64,000 nucleotides of DNA from Candidatus Zixiibacteriota bacterium (GCA_034439475.1 JAWXAN010000060.1:3566-67565); one strand, 5' to 3'. Positions 17,779-28,632 are shown, counted from the stretch's first letter. The notes: generated by a model from the letters alone, not told the origin. Numbers and translations are program-made.

Positions 17779-17944
17779 ACTGTTTCCTGTATCAATTTTA
17801 GTGTTTATACCTATTTCAAAAACAATTCGTGGAGACACGAACGATAGTTAGATGGACGAGGATAGCCAGATATATGACACAAGGTAGCGAGGGGCAGTGT
17901 CAATGGTCATTTCCATTATATCCATTACAAATTCATCCATCGGA

Positions 17945-19438
17945 CTACTGATTATCGATTTGCGCCCGCTGCATTGTTCCGCTAAAGTCGACATAGACTG
18001 ATTTCCATTCGCTGTAAACATCGAGTGCGGCAGTCGAGGCCTCTCGGTGACCGTTGCCGGTATCCTTAATACCGCCAAACGGCAGATGCGTCTCGGCTCC
18101 AATGGTCGGCGCATTGATATAGAAAATACCGGTCTGTATATCACGCATTGCCTGATAAGCGCGGTTGACATCTTTTGTGTAAAGCGACCCGGATAAACCA
18201 TAGACCGTATCATTGGCCAACGTCATCCCCTCGTCGAAATTGAGGAATGTGGCAACACTCAGCACCGGCCCAAAAATCTCCTCTTTCCAAATCCTCATTG
18301 ATCTATCGACATCACCAAAAATAGTCGGCTGGACAAAGTAGCCTTTGTCATAATTACCACCGATCAAACGCTGCCCGCCGGTAAGAACCTTTGCGCCTTC
18401 GTTCTTGCCGATCTCGATATATTTCAGAACCGTTTCCATTTGTCCTTTGTTTATACATGGGCCCATTTGTGAAGACTCTTCCAGCCCATTGCCGACTTTT
18501 AGTCCCGATGCCCGTACTACTAATTTTTCCAGAAATTGCTTGGCAATCTTCTCATGTAACAGCAGTCTGCTGGTCGCTGTGCATCGCTGCCCCGTTGTGC
18601 CAAACGCTCCCCAGAGCGCGCCGTCGAGAGCCAATTCCATATCGGCATCATCCATTACGATCTGGGCATTTTTGCCACCCATTTCAAGACAGGTATGTTT
18701 GAACTTGGGCGCGCAGGCCATTGATACCTTTTGCCCGACAGCAGTCGAACCGGTGAACGAAACGACTTTGACCCGGTCATCGACTATGAACGAATCCCCA
18801 AGCGCGCTTCCGGATCCAGTCACCATATTCACCACACCGGGCGGGATCCCTTCTTCGAGACAGGCTTGGATGAGATTCACCACCGACATTGGGGTATCCG
18901 AAGCCGGCTTGATCACAAGTGTATTACCGCAGATAAGCGCTGGCATCATTTTCCATGAAGGAATGGCCATCGGGAAATTCCATGGAGTAATCAGTGAGCA
19001 AACGCCAATCGGCTGGCGGATAGTCATATTGAATTTGTTTTGCAGTTCTGAGGGTGTCGTCATGCCATACAGTCGGCGACCTTCGCCAGCCATATAGTAG
19101 GTCATGTCGATCGCTTCCTGAACATCGCCTCGTGTCTCTGGGAGCACTTTCCCCATTTCGCGGGTCATATCGTTTGAAAACTTCTCCTTGTTTGCCCAGA
19201 GCCGGGCGGCGACTCGATAGATCATCTCCCCCCTTTTGGGGGCTGGAATAAGTCTCCATGAGCGATAGGCATCGCTTGCGGCATTTATGGCCGAAGCTAC
19301 ATCATCCGGTGTAGATGACTGGAAAAGACCGATAATGTCATCGGTGTTGGCCGGATTCCGGTTCTCGAAAGTTTCGCCAGACTTTGAGGCAACCCATTCG
19401 CCATTTATGAAATTTTTGTATGTAGTTGCCTTATTCAT
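17945..19438 (-). CDS. NAD(P)-dependent aldehyde dehydrogenase
   Basis: [15 protein letters not shown] (catalytic Glu) and GQRCTA (catalytic Cys) motifs. 497 aa. Confidence 0.85.
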   Translation of the reverse strand: MNKATTYKNFINGEWVASKSGETFENRNPANTDDIIGLFQSSTPDDVASAINAASDAYRSWRLIPAPKRGEMIYRVAARLWANKEKFSNDMTREMGKVLPETRGDVQEAIDMTYYMAGEGRRLYGMTTPSELQNKFNMTIRQPIGVCSLITPWNFPMAIPSWKMMPALICGNTLVIKPASDTPMSVVNLIQACLEEGIPPGVVNMVTGSGSALGDSFIVDDRVKVVSFTGSTAVGQKVSMACAPKFKHTCLEMGGKNAQIVMDDADMELALDGALWGAFGTTGQRCTATSRLLLHEKIAKQFLEKLVVRASGLKVGNGLEESSQMGPCINKGQMETVLKYIEIGKNEGAKVLTGGQRLIGGNYDKGYFVQPTIFGDVDRSMRIWKEEIFGPVLSVATFLNFDEGMTLANDTVYGLSGSLYTKDVNRAYQAMRDIQTGIFYINAPTIGAETHLPFGGIKDTGNGHREASTAALDVYSEWKSVYVDFSGTMQRAQIDNQ

Positions 19439-19526
19439 AGTGCTCTGAACTTTCCGGATGCTGCATTCAGTTTATCGCTTCATTTTTGGGTCGTGAAATT
19501 ATTCACACCGCTCCAATTAAGCCTAT

Positions 19527-19556
19527 AATATAGAGTGGGACTGCTTTCATTGTCAA
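19527..19556 (-). promoter_or_regulatory. Sigma-70-type promoter upstream of the aldehyde dehydrogenase operon
   Basis: The minus strand reads TTGACA-N18-TATATT, about 90 nt upstream of the ATG at 19438. Confidence 0.4.
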
Positions 19557-19784
19557 TCTGTTTTGGGTGACTACCAAATCGACCAAAAGTATTCCTTTGT
19601 CTGTACATGATCCAAAGGATTACAGCCTGTCCCTAAAGAATGGATTAGTGACCACAAAGCCGGCGACGGGAATATGGCATGCCCGCGCAAATGTAGAAGA
19701 AGTAGAGAAAGGGCGCTTTCAGAGATTGTTTTTAACGAAATAGTATTTCCAACGTATATTAATTAAGAGAAAGAGATACCAGAT

Positions 19785-20402
19785 ATGTTAGCAGTACTTC
19801 TCACTTCATGGCTCCTGATGCCGATTGCACCGTTGAATCCAGTCGAGCAGGACACGCTTGCATCGGTCAATTTTCATATCACAGCCGGAATGAGCGGTAC
19901 TAACGGAATCCTAACTGAGGGTCCCGAACTTTCCACCAAATACGAACTGCTTTTGGGACATCCTTATGTTATCCGCGCGGCTGCGGAGTACAAACTGGGC
20001 GAAGCCATTTCCCCCTTATATCCCAGAGGCAAGCTACAAACGATTACCTTTGCCTTCGAAGGCCTCTATTACCGCGGTACAACCGAACTCCTGGCCTACC
20101 TTGGCGGTGGTTTGATTTATGCCATTCATCACTTCTCACCCCGCGCCTCGACCTCTGATTCACTTTTTTCTACAGAACAAGTTACAGACATCGATGTCGG
20201 CCAGAAAGCTGGCTATCGCCTCGTGTTTGGATTGCGCTATCTCGCAAGATACTCCATTGAAATGCGAATCACTGAACTGCATCCGAGTTTTATTAAATCC
20301 TTCCGTCCTGATGAAAATTCGCTTGGCACACGGTCGACCGAAGTCCGCGCCAGCAGTATAGCGCTTTCTTTCGGCTACCTGATTCCAATACGAAGACGGT
20401 AG
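19785..20402 (+). CDS. Hypothetical protein, possibly a small beta-rich envelope protein
   Basis: ATG start, hydrophobic N-terminus and alternating-pattern strands. I recognise no family. Plus strand, convergent with tgt with a 9-bp gap. Confidence 0.4.
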   Translation: MLAVLLTSWLLMPIAPLNPVEQDTLASVNFHITAGMSGTNGILTEGPELSTKYELLLGHPYVIRAAAEYKLGEAISPLYPRGKLQTITFAFEGLYYRGTTELLAYLGGGLIYAIHHFSPRASTSDSLFSTEQVTDIDVGQKAGYRLVFGLRYLARYSIEMRITELHPSFIKSFRPDENSLGTRSTEVRASSIALSFGYLIPIRRR

Positions 20403-20411
20403 ACATACTTG

Positions 20412-21536
20412 TCAGTCAGCGGCGGTATACCGTTGCAAGAATTCAGTCCTGAACGCAGCGAACCGATTTACCTCTATTGCGCCGCGAATTCCACGCATAA
20501 GATTTTGAAAAAAGTAGGTCGAGTGGTACGACGAGAGTACCATCGCTGTAATCTCGGACTGATTGAAAAGATGCCGCAAATACGCCCGGCTATATCGTTT
20601 GCAGACTTTGCAGTCGCAGTCTAAATCCAAAGGACGTTCATCGGCGGCAAACTCGGCGTTTCTATATACCAACGGCCCCTGTGACGTAAACACGCATCCG
20701 GTTCGCGCATTACGAGTTGGTAAAACGCAGTCAAACATATCAATCCCATACGAAACAGCCATGAGAATATCCTCGGGATAGCCGACACCCATTAGATAAC
20801 GCGGTTTGTCTTTCGGCAAATACTGAATTGTGTGCGCGAGCATCTCTTCCATCTCCCCTTTTGATTCACCTACCGATAGACCGCCGACAGCATATCCCGG
20901 CAGGTCGAGCGCGACTATTTCTTCCGCTGATTGAGTACGCAAATCAGCAAAGACTGAGCCTTGGACAATGCCGAATAGATTCTGACGCGATTCGTGGTGG
21001 TAGTTTTGTTTGCGATGTTCTATTGCCCGCTTGGTCCATTGAGTTGTACGCACCGCGCCAGCCAAAGCCGCCTCGTGATCACACGGGTATGGGACGCACT
21101 GGTCAAATGCCATTATTATATCCGCGCCGAGTGCCCGTTGAATATCCATCACTTTTTCCGGTGTAAAGAGATGCCGCGAGCCGTCATGATGAGATTGAAA
21201 CTCGACCCCGTCATCGGTAATTTTCGAGATATGACGCAAAGAAAATACCTGGTACCCCCCGCTGTCTGTCAGAGTTGGTTTGTGCCAGGAATTAAATTTC
21301 GCCAAACCGCCTAATTTTTGAATCAAATCTGCGCCGGGCCGCAAATAGAGATGATACGTGTTGCCCAAAATAATCTCCGCGCCGCATTCCTCAAGGTCAA
21401 GGCAGGTCAGCGCTTTGACGGCCGATGTCGTCCCGACTGGCATGAAGGCCGGAGTCTGGAATGTTCCATGTTCTGTTCGCATTTCTCCACGACGGGCAGA
21501 TTGGTCTGTACTTTTTGGAAAATAGATTTGAGTCAT
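20412..21536 (-). CDS. tgt: tRNA-guanine transglycosylase (queuine tRNA-ribosyltransferase)
   Basis: TPAFMPVGT, LTDSGGYQV and GVGYPEDIL motifs, plus the zinc site CDCKVC...H. Confidence 0.95.
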   Translation of the reverse strand: MTQIYFPKSTDQSARRGEMRTEHGTFQTPAFMPVGTTSAVKALTCLDLEECGAEIILGNTYHLYLRPGADLIQKLGGLAKFNSWHKPTLTDSGGYQVFSLRHISKITDDGVEFQSHHDGSRHLFTPEKVMDIQRALGADIIMAFDQCVPYPCDHEAALAGAVRTTQWTKRAIEHRKQNYHHESRQNLFGIVQGSVFADLRTQSAEEIVALDLPGYAVGGLSVGESKGEMEEMLAHTIQYLPKDKPRYLMGVGYPEDILMAVSYGIDMFDCVLPTRNARTGCVFTSQGPLVYRNAEFAADERPLDLDCDCKVCKRYSRAYLRHLFNQSEITAMVLSSYHSTYFFQNLMRGIRGAIEVNRFAAFRTEFLQRYTAAD

Positions 21537-21569
21537 GCAGAAGGTATATACACGAGAATAGAGATAAGC

Positions 21570-22934
21570 CTACGTCAATATCCTATCGAGGGCTGATTTG
21601 ACTCCCCGCACACCAATCAATTCAATCGATGTTTCAGTTATTTGCTCGACGTTGCTCTGCGGGAGCACCACCGATGTAAAGCCGAGCTTTGCGGCCTCGG
21701 CAACACGCTTCTCGATAAGCGTCACAGCGCGAACCTCGCCGCTCAGTCCGACTTCGCCAACGACCAGCATCTTCGGATCGATGGTTTTATTGGTTAGCGA
21801 TGACGCAATCGACGTCATCACGGCAAGATCGAGCGATGGCTCGGAAATACGAAGTCCTCCCGCGACTGAAACGAAGACATCGTTAGTGGCCATCGGATAG
21901 CCGCATCGCTTGTCCAGAATCGCCAGAAGGAGCGCGAGTTTTTTGTTATCTATGCCGCCAGCGACACGCTGGGGATTTCCGTAATTTGCCGGTGTGACCA
22001 AAGCCTGCACTTCAACCATAAGCGGTCGGTTTCCTTCGCAGATTCCGGTCACAACGGCCCCAGTACGAGGGCGGCTCATATCGCCTGAGAGAAAGAACGA
22101 AGACGGGTTGCTCACTTCAACCAACCCGCCCCCCTGCATTTGGAAAAGTCCAATCTCGGAAACCGAGCCGAAGCGGTTTTTTGTGGCGCGGAGTATTCTG
22201 TATAAATGTGTCTGGTCACCTTCAAAATAAATGACAGTGTCGACCATATGCTCCAGTACCTTCGGCCCCGCAACCAATCCCTCCTTGGTTACATGCCCCA
22301 CCAGGAAAAGAGAAAAACCGGTCGATTTGGCCAGCATGATGAGCTGATTGGCTGCCTCTCGTACCTGGGCTACCGTCCCGGGCGGAGAATCAAATTGCCC
22401 GCTTGAGATGGTTTGGATGGAGTCTATCAAAACAACACCAAATGATTTTTCAGAAAGAACTCCGGTTATTTCTTCAAGCGAAGTAGCATTCAGAACGGTA
22501 ATATCAGTTCCGGATATATTCAATCGGTTGGCGCGAAGTCTAATCTGCGGCAGTGATTCTTCGCCTGTGACATAGAGGACAGAAATTCCTGCCCGGGCAT
22601 AGCCATCAGCGGATTGAAGCAGCAAGGTCGATTTACCTATCCCCGGATCCCCCCCGAGCAGAATTGTCATCCCGGGCAAGAGTTGTCCCCCAAGCACTCT
22701 GTCAAACTCTGCAATGCCTGATAAATAACCTGATTGCGGGTCGAAGGATATTTCCGAGAGCAGTTGCGTTTCCCGAGCGACAACCGCTCCGGCTTTGCGT
22801 TTGACCGGCACGCGCTCTTCTATGAGGCTGTTCCATGCGGCGCACTCACGGCATTGCCCTTGCCATTTGGAATGCTCCGCTCCACACTGCGAGCAGAAGT
22901 AGGCGATCTTTACTTTTTTGCCAACAATCATCAT
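21570..22934 (-). CDS. radA: DNA repair protein RadA/Sms
   Basis: N-terminal C4 zinc finger (CSQCG...CRECAAW), Walker A GDPGIGKST, KNRFG motif and a Lon-like C-terminal domain. Confidence 0.95.
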   Translation of the reverse strand: MMIVGKKVKIAYFCSQCGAEHSKWQGQCRECAAWNSLIEERVPVKRKAGAVVARETQLLSEISFDPQSGYLSGIAEFDRVLGGQLLPGMTILLGGDPGIGKSTLLLQSADGYARAGISVLYVTGEESLPQIRLRANRLNISGTDITVLNATSLEEITGVLSEKSFGVVLIDSIQTISSGQFDSPPGTVAQVREAANQLIMLAKSTGFSLFLVGHVTKEGLVAGPKVLEHMVDTVIYFEGDQTHLYRILRATKNRFGSVSEIGLFQMQGGGLVEVSNPSSFFLSGDMSRPRTGAVVTGICEGNRPLMVEVQALVTPANYGNPQRVAGGIDNKKLALLLAILDKRCGYPMATNDVFVSVAGGLRISEPSLDLAVMTSIASSLTNKTIDPKMLVVGEVGLSGEVRAVTLIEKRVAEAAKLGFTSVVLPQSNVEQITETSIELIGVRGVKSALDRILT

Positions 22935-23710
22935 CGCACCTGTATTGGTCCATCGGAACGGCCGTAGACGAATTGTTTGAGAGCCGGGTTGTCGGTATTC
23001 CTGACTTCTTGCGGCGAGCCATCGAACTCAATTTTCCCCTGGTAGAGAAACACAATTCTATCGGCGATTTTGAGGGCTGATTTCATGTCATGGGTCACGG
23101 CTATCGAGGTAACCTTCAATTTTGTATTCACGTCAACAATCATATCATTAATCACTTCGGCTGTTATCGGATCAAGTCCCGTGGTCGGTTCATCATAGAG
23201 CAGGACTTCCGGCTCGGAGGCTATCGCTCGTGCCAATCCAATCCGTTTGCACATTCCGCCCGACAACTCAGACGGAAACTTTGTTCCAGTGTCAGCCAAC
23301 CCGACCATTTCCAATTTTTCATGGACAATGAGCTTTATAGCCGCCTCAGAGTGCTTGCCTGATTCCCTAAGTCCAAGCCCGACATTTCGCTCGACACTCA
23401 TGGAATCAAAGAGCGCCGATGATTGAAAGAGCATGCCAAAACGTTGTCTATATGCAACCAGATCGGGACCCTTTAACGTTTCAATGTCTACGCCGTCAAA
23501 AAGAATTCGTCCACTGTCGGGCGACATCAGCCTGATTAAATTTTTCAACAGTACCGATTTCCCGGTTCCGGATTGGCCGATAATGACAATCGACTCCCCC
23601 TTCTTGATCGTCAAATCGACTCCATCCAATACCGTATTGGCGCCAAAGCGTTTGGACACATTTTCTATCTGAATATAACGGTTGTGGCTTTCCTGTATAT
23701 CACTTGTCAT
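22931..23710 (-). CDS. mlaF: ABC transporter ATP-binding protein, MlaF-like
   Basis: Walker A GQSGTGKS, signature LSGGMCKRIGLARA and Walker B LLYDEP. ATG at 23710 (the track start at 23761 is TTG inside mlaE). Confidence 0.8.
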   Translation of the reverse strand: MTSDIQESHNRYIQIENVSKRFGANTVLDGVDLTIKKGESIVIIGQSGTGKSVLLKNLIRLMSPDSGRILFDGVDIETLKGPDLVAYRQRFGMLFQSSALFDSMSVERNVGLGLRESGKHSEAAIKLIVHEKLEMVGLADTGTKFPSELSGGMCKRIGLARAIASEPEVLLYDEPTTGLDPITAEVINDMIVDVNTKLKVTSIAVTHDMKSALKIADRIVFLYQGKIEFDGSPQEVRNTDNPALKQFVYGRSDGPIQVR

Positions 23711-23729
23711 TGCAATCTCTCTGTTTGTC

Positions 23730-24515
23730 CTACAATCGAAAGAGGAGTACGGCGAAAACAAAGTTCATAACGAGAATCATTACCGATGAAAGAACGACAG
23801 ACGTCGTTGTTGCATGGCCGACCCCCTCGGCGCCGCCACGAGCTTTCATCCCCTCGTAACAGCCAACTATTCCGATGACCAATCCAAAAACAACCGCTTT
23901 GATCATGCCGTTAGTGAAGTCGGTAAACTGGAATGAACTCCGAAATCCGTTGAGAAACGTATCGCCCGAAATATCCACTCCGACCACCGCCACAACCAAC
24001 CCGCCGAATATCGCTATCACGTTTGCGAACAAAACCAAAAGTGGAACCATAATAACGCATGCAATAACTCTCGGCATCACTAAATAACGGTTTGGGTCGA
24101 TTCCCATAGCATCAAGAGCGTCGATCTGTTCAGTAACTCGCATTGTCCCGAGTTCAGCGGCAATGCCCGCACCCACGCGTCCGGCTATGACCAAAGCCGT
24201 CAGCACCGGAGCGAGTTCTATAACCACTGCTTTCCCCACCGCCTGACCCAGAAGCCTCAGAGGTGCGCCAATAAATTGGAATTGGTAGGCCGCCTGCCAG
24301 GCCGCAACTGCGCCGACAAAAATCGCGATAACGATTACAAGGGGAATCGACCTGACCCCGATTGAGTGCAATTGCTCAAAAATCTCGCTTTGGGACTGAA
24401 AAATATGGCGTGTGGATGTTACCACACGGGCGAAAAGTATCGACATTCCGCCGACGCGATTGACGCCATCGATACATCGCCGGCCGATCCCCAGCAGGAT
24501 ATGGTCCATTGCCAT
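23730..24515 (-). CDS. mlaE: ABC transporter permease, MlaE-like
   Basis: About 260 aa, multi-TM, with MlaE-type motifs (VTEQIDALDAMGIDP). Adjacent to mlaF. No mlaD in the window. Confidence 0.8.
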   Translation of the reverse strand: MAMDHILLGIGRRCIDGVNRVGGMSILFARVVTSTRHIFQSQSEIFEQLHSIGVRSIPLVIVIAIFVGAVAAWQAAYQFQFIGAPLRLLGQAVGKAVVIELAPVLTALVIAGRVGAGIAAELGTMRVTEQIDALDAMGIDPNRYLVMPRVIACVIMVPLLVLFANVIAIFGGLVVAVVGVDISGDTFLNGFRSSFQFTDFTNGMIKAVVFGLVIGIVGCYEGMKARGGAEGVGHATTTSVVLSSVMILVMNFVFAVLLFRL

Positions 24516-24518
24516 GTT

Positions 24519-25949
24519 TTAGAACGGGGAATCTGGTTCGATTCGATCCACCCCGGGAGGCAGTTCTCGACGCGAGGTATCAAGATTTTCAAACCGGGTA
24601 TATTCCTTGATAAAGCTCAAGTGCGCGGTTTCAGTCGGGCCATTGCGCTGTTTGGCCACTATAATCTCAGCTTTGCCTTCAATTTCACGGTATTTCGGAT
24701 CATTGCGATCCATGTGTGACATGTAGTATTCCTCGCGATAAACAAAAATAACGACATCGGCATCCTGTTCAATGGCTCCCGATTCACGCAAATCAGATAA
24801 CTGTGGACGTTTATTCGTTCCGCGCTGTTCGACCATGCGTGAAAGCTGTGAAATTGCGATAACCGGAACCTGGATTTCTTTGGCCAATGCTTTCATGCTT
24901 CTGGTAATTAGGGCAATTTCCTGCTGGCGGTTTTCCTGCCTGCCAGAGGCATGCATAAGTTGAATGTAATCAACAATAAACAGACCGATATTATGCTGCG
25001 CTTTGAGCCTCCGGGCCTTCGCGCGCATTTCAAGCGAAGACAACCCGGCTGAATCATCGATAAAGATTGGCGCGGCAGCCAGCACTCCCCCTTTGTGGGC
25101 CAGATTGCGATGTTCGGACTCGCTAATTTTATGCGAGCGAACTTTTTTCTGATTAATGCGTGCCCGGCCACAAAGCATACGGAGGACGAGTTGTTCGCGC
25201 GACATTTCTATCGAAAATATGCCAACACCTTTTTTCTGGTCGACCGCAACATGCTCAGCAATATTCATCGCGAGCGCTGTTTTGCCCATCGAGGGTCTCC
25301 CCGCAATAATCACCAGATCCCCGGCATGGAGCCCTTCGGTAATGGCATCCAGTTGCGTATACCCTGTACTCACACCGCCAATGATGGTGCCGTCGGCTGG
25401 CGGGTTATCTATCCGCTCGAAAATAGCATTGAATGGGCTTTCAATATGAACAAAACCCTGACGCTGTCTGCTTTCTGAAATTTGAAAGATATTGGCTTCG
25501 GCTGCATCGAGCAGGTCGTCGGCCGGACGCTCCATCGAATAGCAGCTTTTGACGATTTCATTTGAAGTTTGGATCAGTCTCCGGAGTACGGATTTCTCAA
25601 GCACAATACTGGCGTAATGCGCAACATTTGCAGTCGATGCTATCTGCTCGACCAGCTCGACCAAATAGACACGTCCGCCTATTTTCTCAAGCATCCCCTG
25701 GTTGAGCAGTTCGTTTGCGACAGTAGTTATATCACACGGCTCTGAATTATTGTTAAGGTTCAGCACCGCCCTGAATATCGTTTTGTGCTTGGGCGAGTAG
25801 AAATAGTTCTCCGTGTCGATAACTTCAAGAACATGATTTATCGCCTCGCTGTCTTTTAGAATCGAACCAAGAACAGCCTGCTCGGCATCGATCGACTGCG
25901 GCGGCAGGAGCGGATCATGGATTTTGTCAGTCGAAACAGAAAAGCTCAT
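24519..25949 (-). CDS. dnaB: Replicative DNA helicase DnaB
   Basis: PPQSIDAEQAVLGSIL N-terminus, Walker A GRPSMGKT and QLSR motif. ATG at 25949, 20 nt after the UDG stop (the longer track start overlaps the UDG gene). Confidence 0.95.
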   Translation of the reverse strand: MSFSVSTDKIHDPLLPPQSIDAEQAVLGSILKDSEAINHVLEVIDTENYFYSPKHKTIFRAVLNLNNNSEPCDITTVANELLNQGMLEKIGGRVYLVELVEQIASTANVAHYASIVLEKSVLRRLIQTSNEIVKSCYSMERPADDLLDAAEANIFQISESRQRQGFVHIESPFNAIFERIDNPPADGTIIGGVSTGYTQLDAITEGLHAGDLVIIAGRPSMGKTALAMNIAEHVAVDQKKGVGIFSIEMSREQLVLRMLCGRARINQKKVRSHKISESEHRNLAHKGGVLAAAPIFIDDSAGLSSLEMRAKARRLKAQHNIGLFIVDYIQLMHASGRQENRQQEIALITRSMKALAKEIQVPVIAISQLSRMVEQRGTNKRPQLSDLRESGAIEQDADVVIFVYREEYYMSHMDRNDPKYREIEGKAEIIVAKQRNGPTETAHLSFIKEYTRFENLDTSRRELPPGVDRIEPDSPF

Positions 25950-25969
25950 GTCTAATTCAAGCGGAAATC

Positions 25970-26842
25970 TTAAATCGTATCGTAACGGGCTTTCAACATC
26001 TGCATGTCGGCCCAAGTCTCTTTCTTATAAGCGGGAAATCGTAACAATGCCGCCGGATGATATGTGACAATCAATGGAACGCCGTGATAGTCATGCCATG
26101 TACTTCGTAACTTACCCAGCGGCGTATTCGTATGTAACAATGTCTGTCCGGCTATTCTGCCAAGGGCAAGAATCAGTTTTGGCTTGATAAGGCGTATCTG
26201 CTCGTGCAGATATGGCAGACATGATTTGACTTCGTCTGGCTGCGGATCACGATTGCCTGGGGGCCGGCTTTTGAGAATATTTGTTATGTAGACCTCGTCA
26301 CGGGACAACTCAACCGCGGCCAGAATCTTATCCAGCAACTGTCCGGCCCGACCGACAAATGGCTTACCAGTGCGATCTTCTTCCGCGCCCGGGGCTTCGC
26401 CGATTATCAGAAGTCTTGCGTTGGGATTGCCCGAACCATAGACAAGTTTATTTCTTGTTGTCCAGAGCGGACAGAGCTGGCATTCGTCTATCGCGTTAAA
26501 ATGCTGCTCAAGGGATTTGTAGACCGAATCCTGGGTCAATGGAGTAGAGGGCGCTGCCGCAGTTGTGGACATTTTTTGAGGAGATATTAGAGTGAGAGTT
26601 TTGGCGGGAGTTGTTTTTGATCGAAGCTCCACACCAAATACTTCCGACATGCTCACTTTTTTGCCCGATGGGGCCACACGCCGACTCAGAGGAAAGACCG
26701 AGTCGAGCATCTGCTGTCGTCCAATAACAACCTCGCTCACACCCATCTCCATCTGGTGTGTTAATGCCGATCTCAGCATTTCAAACGAACTATTAGATTT
26801 TTGACTCACTGGAACCCTCCCTCTCTCGATTATGTCTCGCAT
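25970..26842 (-). CDS. Uracil-DNA glycosylase, family 4, with a roughly 110-aa N-terminal extension
   Basis: GEAPGAEEDRTGKPFVGRAGQLL family-4 motif, Cys cluster (ECQLCPL) and HPAALLR near the C-terminus. Confidence 0.8.
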   Translation of the reverse strand: MRDIIERGRVPVSQKSNSSFEMLRSALTHQMEMGVSEVVIGRQQMLDSVFPLSRRVAPSGKKVSMSEVFGVELRSKTTPAKTLTLISPQKMSTTAAAPSTPLTQDSVYKSLEQHFNAIDECQLCPLWTTRNKLVYGSGNPNARLLIIGEAPGAEEDRTGKPFVGRAGQLLDKILAAVELSRDEVYITNILKSRPPGNRDPQPDEVKSCLPYLHEQIRLIKPKLILALGRIAGQTLLHTNTPLGKLRSTWHDYHGVPLIVTYHPAALLRFPAYKKETWADMQMLKARYDTI

Positions 26843-26862
26843 GCGGCGGCTCTCGCTGTAAT

Positions 26863-28068
26863 CTACAGCAAACCGGCAACTACTTCAAGTAGTTTAATGG
26901 CGGCCTCGGTCTTTGTCATGAGGGGCCATTCATTGGTTTTACCATTCTGAGAGATGAGAGTCAATTTATTTGTGTGTACATCGAAACCCGCACCACTATC
27001 CGCCAGAGAATTAAGCACAATAAGGTCAAGTTGCTTGTTCTTGAGTTTAGCTCTTGCATTCTCTAAACCGTTCTCCGTTTCGAGCGCGAAGCCAATGAGA
27101 CGCTGTGATTTACGTTTATCTTTGGAGAGTGATGCGAGTATGTCAGTGGCTGGGTCAAGTTCCAGCACCGAAGGCTTGTTTGTCTTTTTTATCTTTTGCG
27201 GGGAGATTGATGCCGGTATAAAATCCGCCGGCGCAGCCGCCATTATCAGGCAGTCGACTTCGCTAAACCTGCTCTTTATTGCCTCGTACATTTGCTGGGT
27301 AGATTCAATTCGGATGTGTTCGACATTTCGCGGAACCTCAAGATTCGTCGGGCCCGAAACCAGAATAGTGCGGGCATTGAGCTCCGCCGATGCGGCGGCA
27401 ATCGCATACCCCATCCTTCCTGATGACCTATTTGAGATGAATCGAACCGGGTCTATCGCCTCGCGCGTTGGTCCGGCGGTCACCAAAATTGTCTTCCCAG
27501 TCAGCGCTTTTTTTTTTGCGCCGCTGTCGAAAAAGTTCTCGATGGCGCGAAAGATAACTTCAGGCTCAGCCATTCGGCCAACGCCGACAGAATCGCAGGC
27601 CATCTCCCCTTCTTCTGGATCGATAATATGAAAGCCGAGTTGTTTGAGGTATCCGAGATTACGCTGTGTGGTCGGATTTAGCCACATTTGCGGATTCATC
27701 GCCGGTGCAATCATAGTCGGGCGGGAGGTGGCGCACATCACTGTTGTCACGAAATCATCAGAGATTCCGGCAAATATTTTTCCCATAAAGTTGGCAGTGG
27801 CCGGAGCGATAACAATCAAGTCCGGCCATTCGGCCACATCGATATGCCGTGTAGAAACAAACTCTCCCTCAGGCCACAATCCGGTAATGACCGGGCGGTT
27901 TGAGACAGTTTCAAGAGTGAGCGGTGTGATGAATTTGCAGGCCGAGTCGGTCATCATCACGACAACTTCGGCCTTTTCTTTTGTAAGCAGGCGGACGAGA
28001 TTGGGAACTTTGTAGCTGGCGATTCCACCGGTCAGGCCGACCATGATTTTTTTGCCCGCAAGGGACAT
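26863..28068 (-). CDS. coaBC: Bifunctional phosphopantothenoylcysteine decarboxylase / phosphopantothenate-cysteine ligase
   Basis: GLTGGIASYK flavoprotein N-terminus, PAMNPQMW and ISNRSSGRMG motifs. 401 aa. Confidence 0.95.
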   Translation of the reverse strand: MSLAGKKIMVGLTGGIASYKVPNLVRLLTKEKAEVVVMMTDSACKFITPLTLETVSNRPVITGLWPEGEFVSTRHIDVAEWPDLIVIAPATANFMGKIFAGISDDFVTTVMCATSRPTMIAPAMNPQMWLNPTTQRNLGYLKQLGFHIIDPEEGEMACDSVGVGRMAEPEVIFRAIENFFDSGAKKKALTGKTILVTAGPTREAIDPVRFISNRSSGRMGYAIAAASAELNARTILVSGPTNLEVPRNVEHIRIESTQQMYEAIKSRFSEVDCLIMAAAPADFIPASISPQKIKKTNKPSVLELDPATDILASLSKDKRKSQRLIGFALETENGLENARAKLKNKQLDLIVLNSLADSGAGFDVHTNKLTLISQNGKTNEWPLMTKTEAAIKLLEVVAGLL

Positions 28069-28069
28069 G

Positions 28070-28546
28070 CTAATTTACTCTGGCCGATGAACCGCTGCTG
28101 AGCGGATCATCGAGATCACTGTCGCCGTCGTCAGAACTGAATTCATCGAATACTACACCCGATGCAAGCCACTTCATCTGATCGAGCGTGACCGGACGGG
28201 TGCCATAGACAAATGCTTTGTCGAGGATCATCTCGAACTGCAGAGGATCGATGATCCCGAAATTCATAAGATTTAGGAGAAAACCATGGGCTTCAATATC
28301 AACCTGTAAGCGTTCCTGCGCGGAGAGGATTCGCTGTGAGCTTTGCAAACGTGAGAATCCATCAAACAGGTTGCTGCCAGCAGACAACCTATCCGTGAAC
28401 CAGCCGTATGCCCGCGTTATTTCGTCGTTGGTAAATCCAAGATCAAGTAAATCAGGCGAAATGTCGCTCAAATTTGCGACCTTCCCCTTATTTTCGCGCA
28501 TACTGTCCATCAGCAAGAAGACTATTTCAAGAATTCGATTATCCAT
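28070..28546 (-). CDS. smg: Smg (DUF494) family protein
   Basis: 158 aa. The pattern L..LGF...EI..A..W and GFLL.L, plus an acidic C-terminus, aligns by eye with E. coli Smg. Confidence 0.65.
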   Translation of the reverse strand: MDNRILEIVFLLMDSMRENKGKVANLSDISPDLLDLGFTNDEITRAYGWFTDRLSAGSNLFDGFSRLQSSQRILSAQERLQVDIEAHGFLLNLMNFGIIDPLQFEMILDKAFVYGTRPVTLDQMKWLASGVVFDEFSSDDGDSDLDDPLSSGSSARVN

Positions 28547-28632
28547 TAACGAATGCTCCTTACAGTAGTATTATCGTCAAGATACTCCCTTATAGCGAAG
28601 TAATCAAGATTGAAACTAAAACGGAAATTGGT

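Noticed and set aside
17848-18213. 121-aa ORF overlapping the 3' end of the aldehyde dehydrogenase gene on the same strand
   Set aside because: It is an alternative frame inside a gene with clear ALDH motifs. It has no motifs or RBS of its own.
19674-19690. Sigma-54 promoter TGGCATGcccgCGCAa upstream of the 19785 ORF (and a similar TGGCACatgtcTGCTG at about 52253)
   Set aside because: The GG-to-GC spacing is one nucleotide short of the strict -24/-12 spacing. The second site has no downstream gene in its orientation.
24519-26015. N-terminally extended or intein-containing DnaB
   Set aside because: The extension comes from an upstream in-frame start that overlaps the UDG gene. From the ATG at 25949 the protein is 476 aa, a normal DnaB length, with contiguous helicase motifs and no intein blocks.
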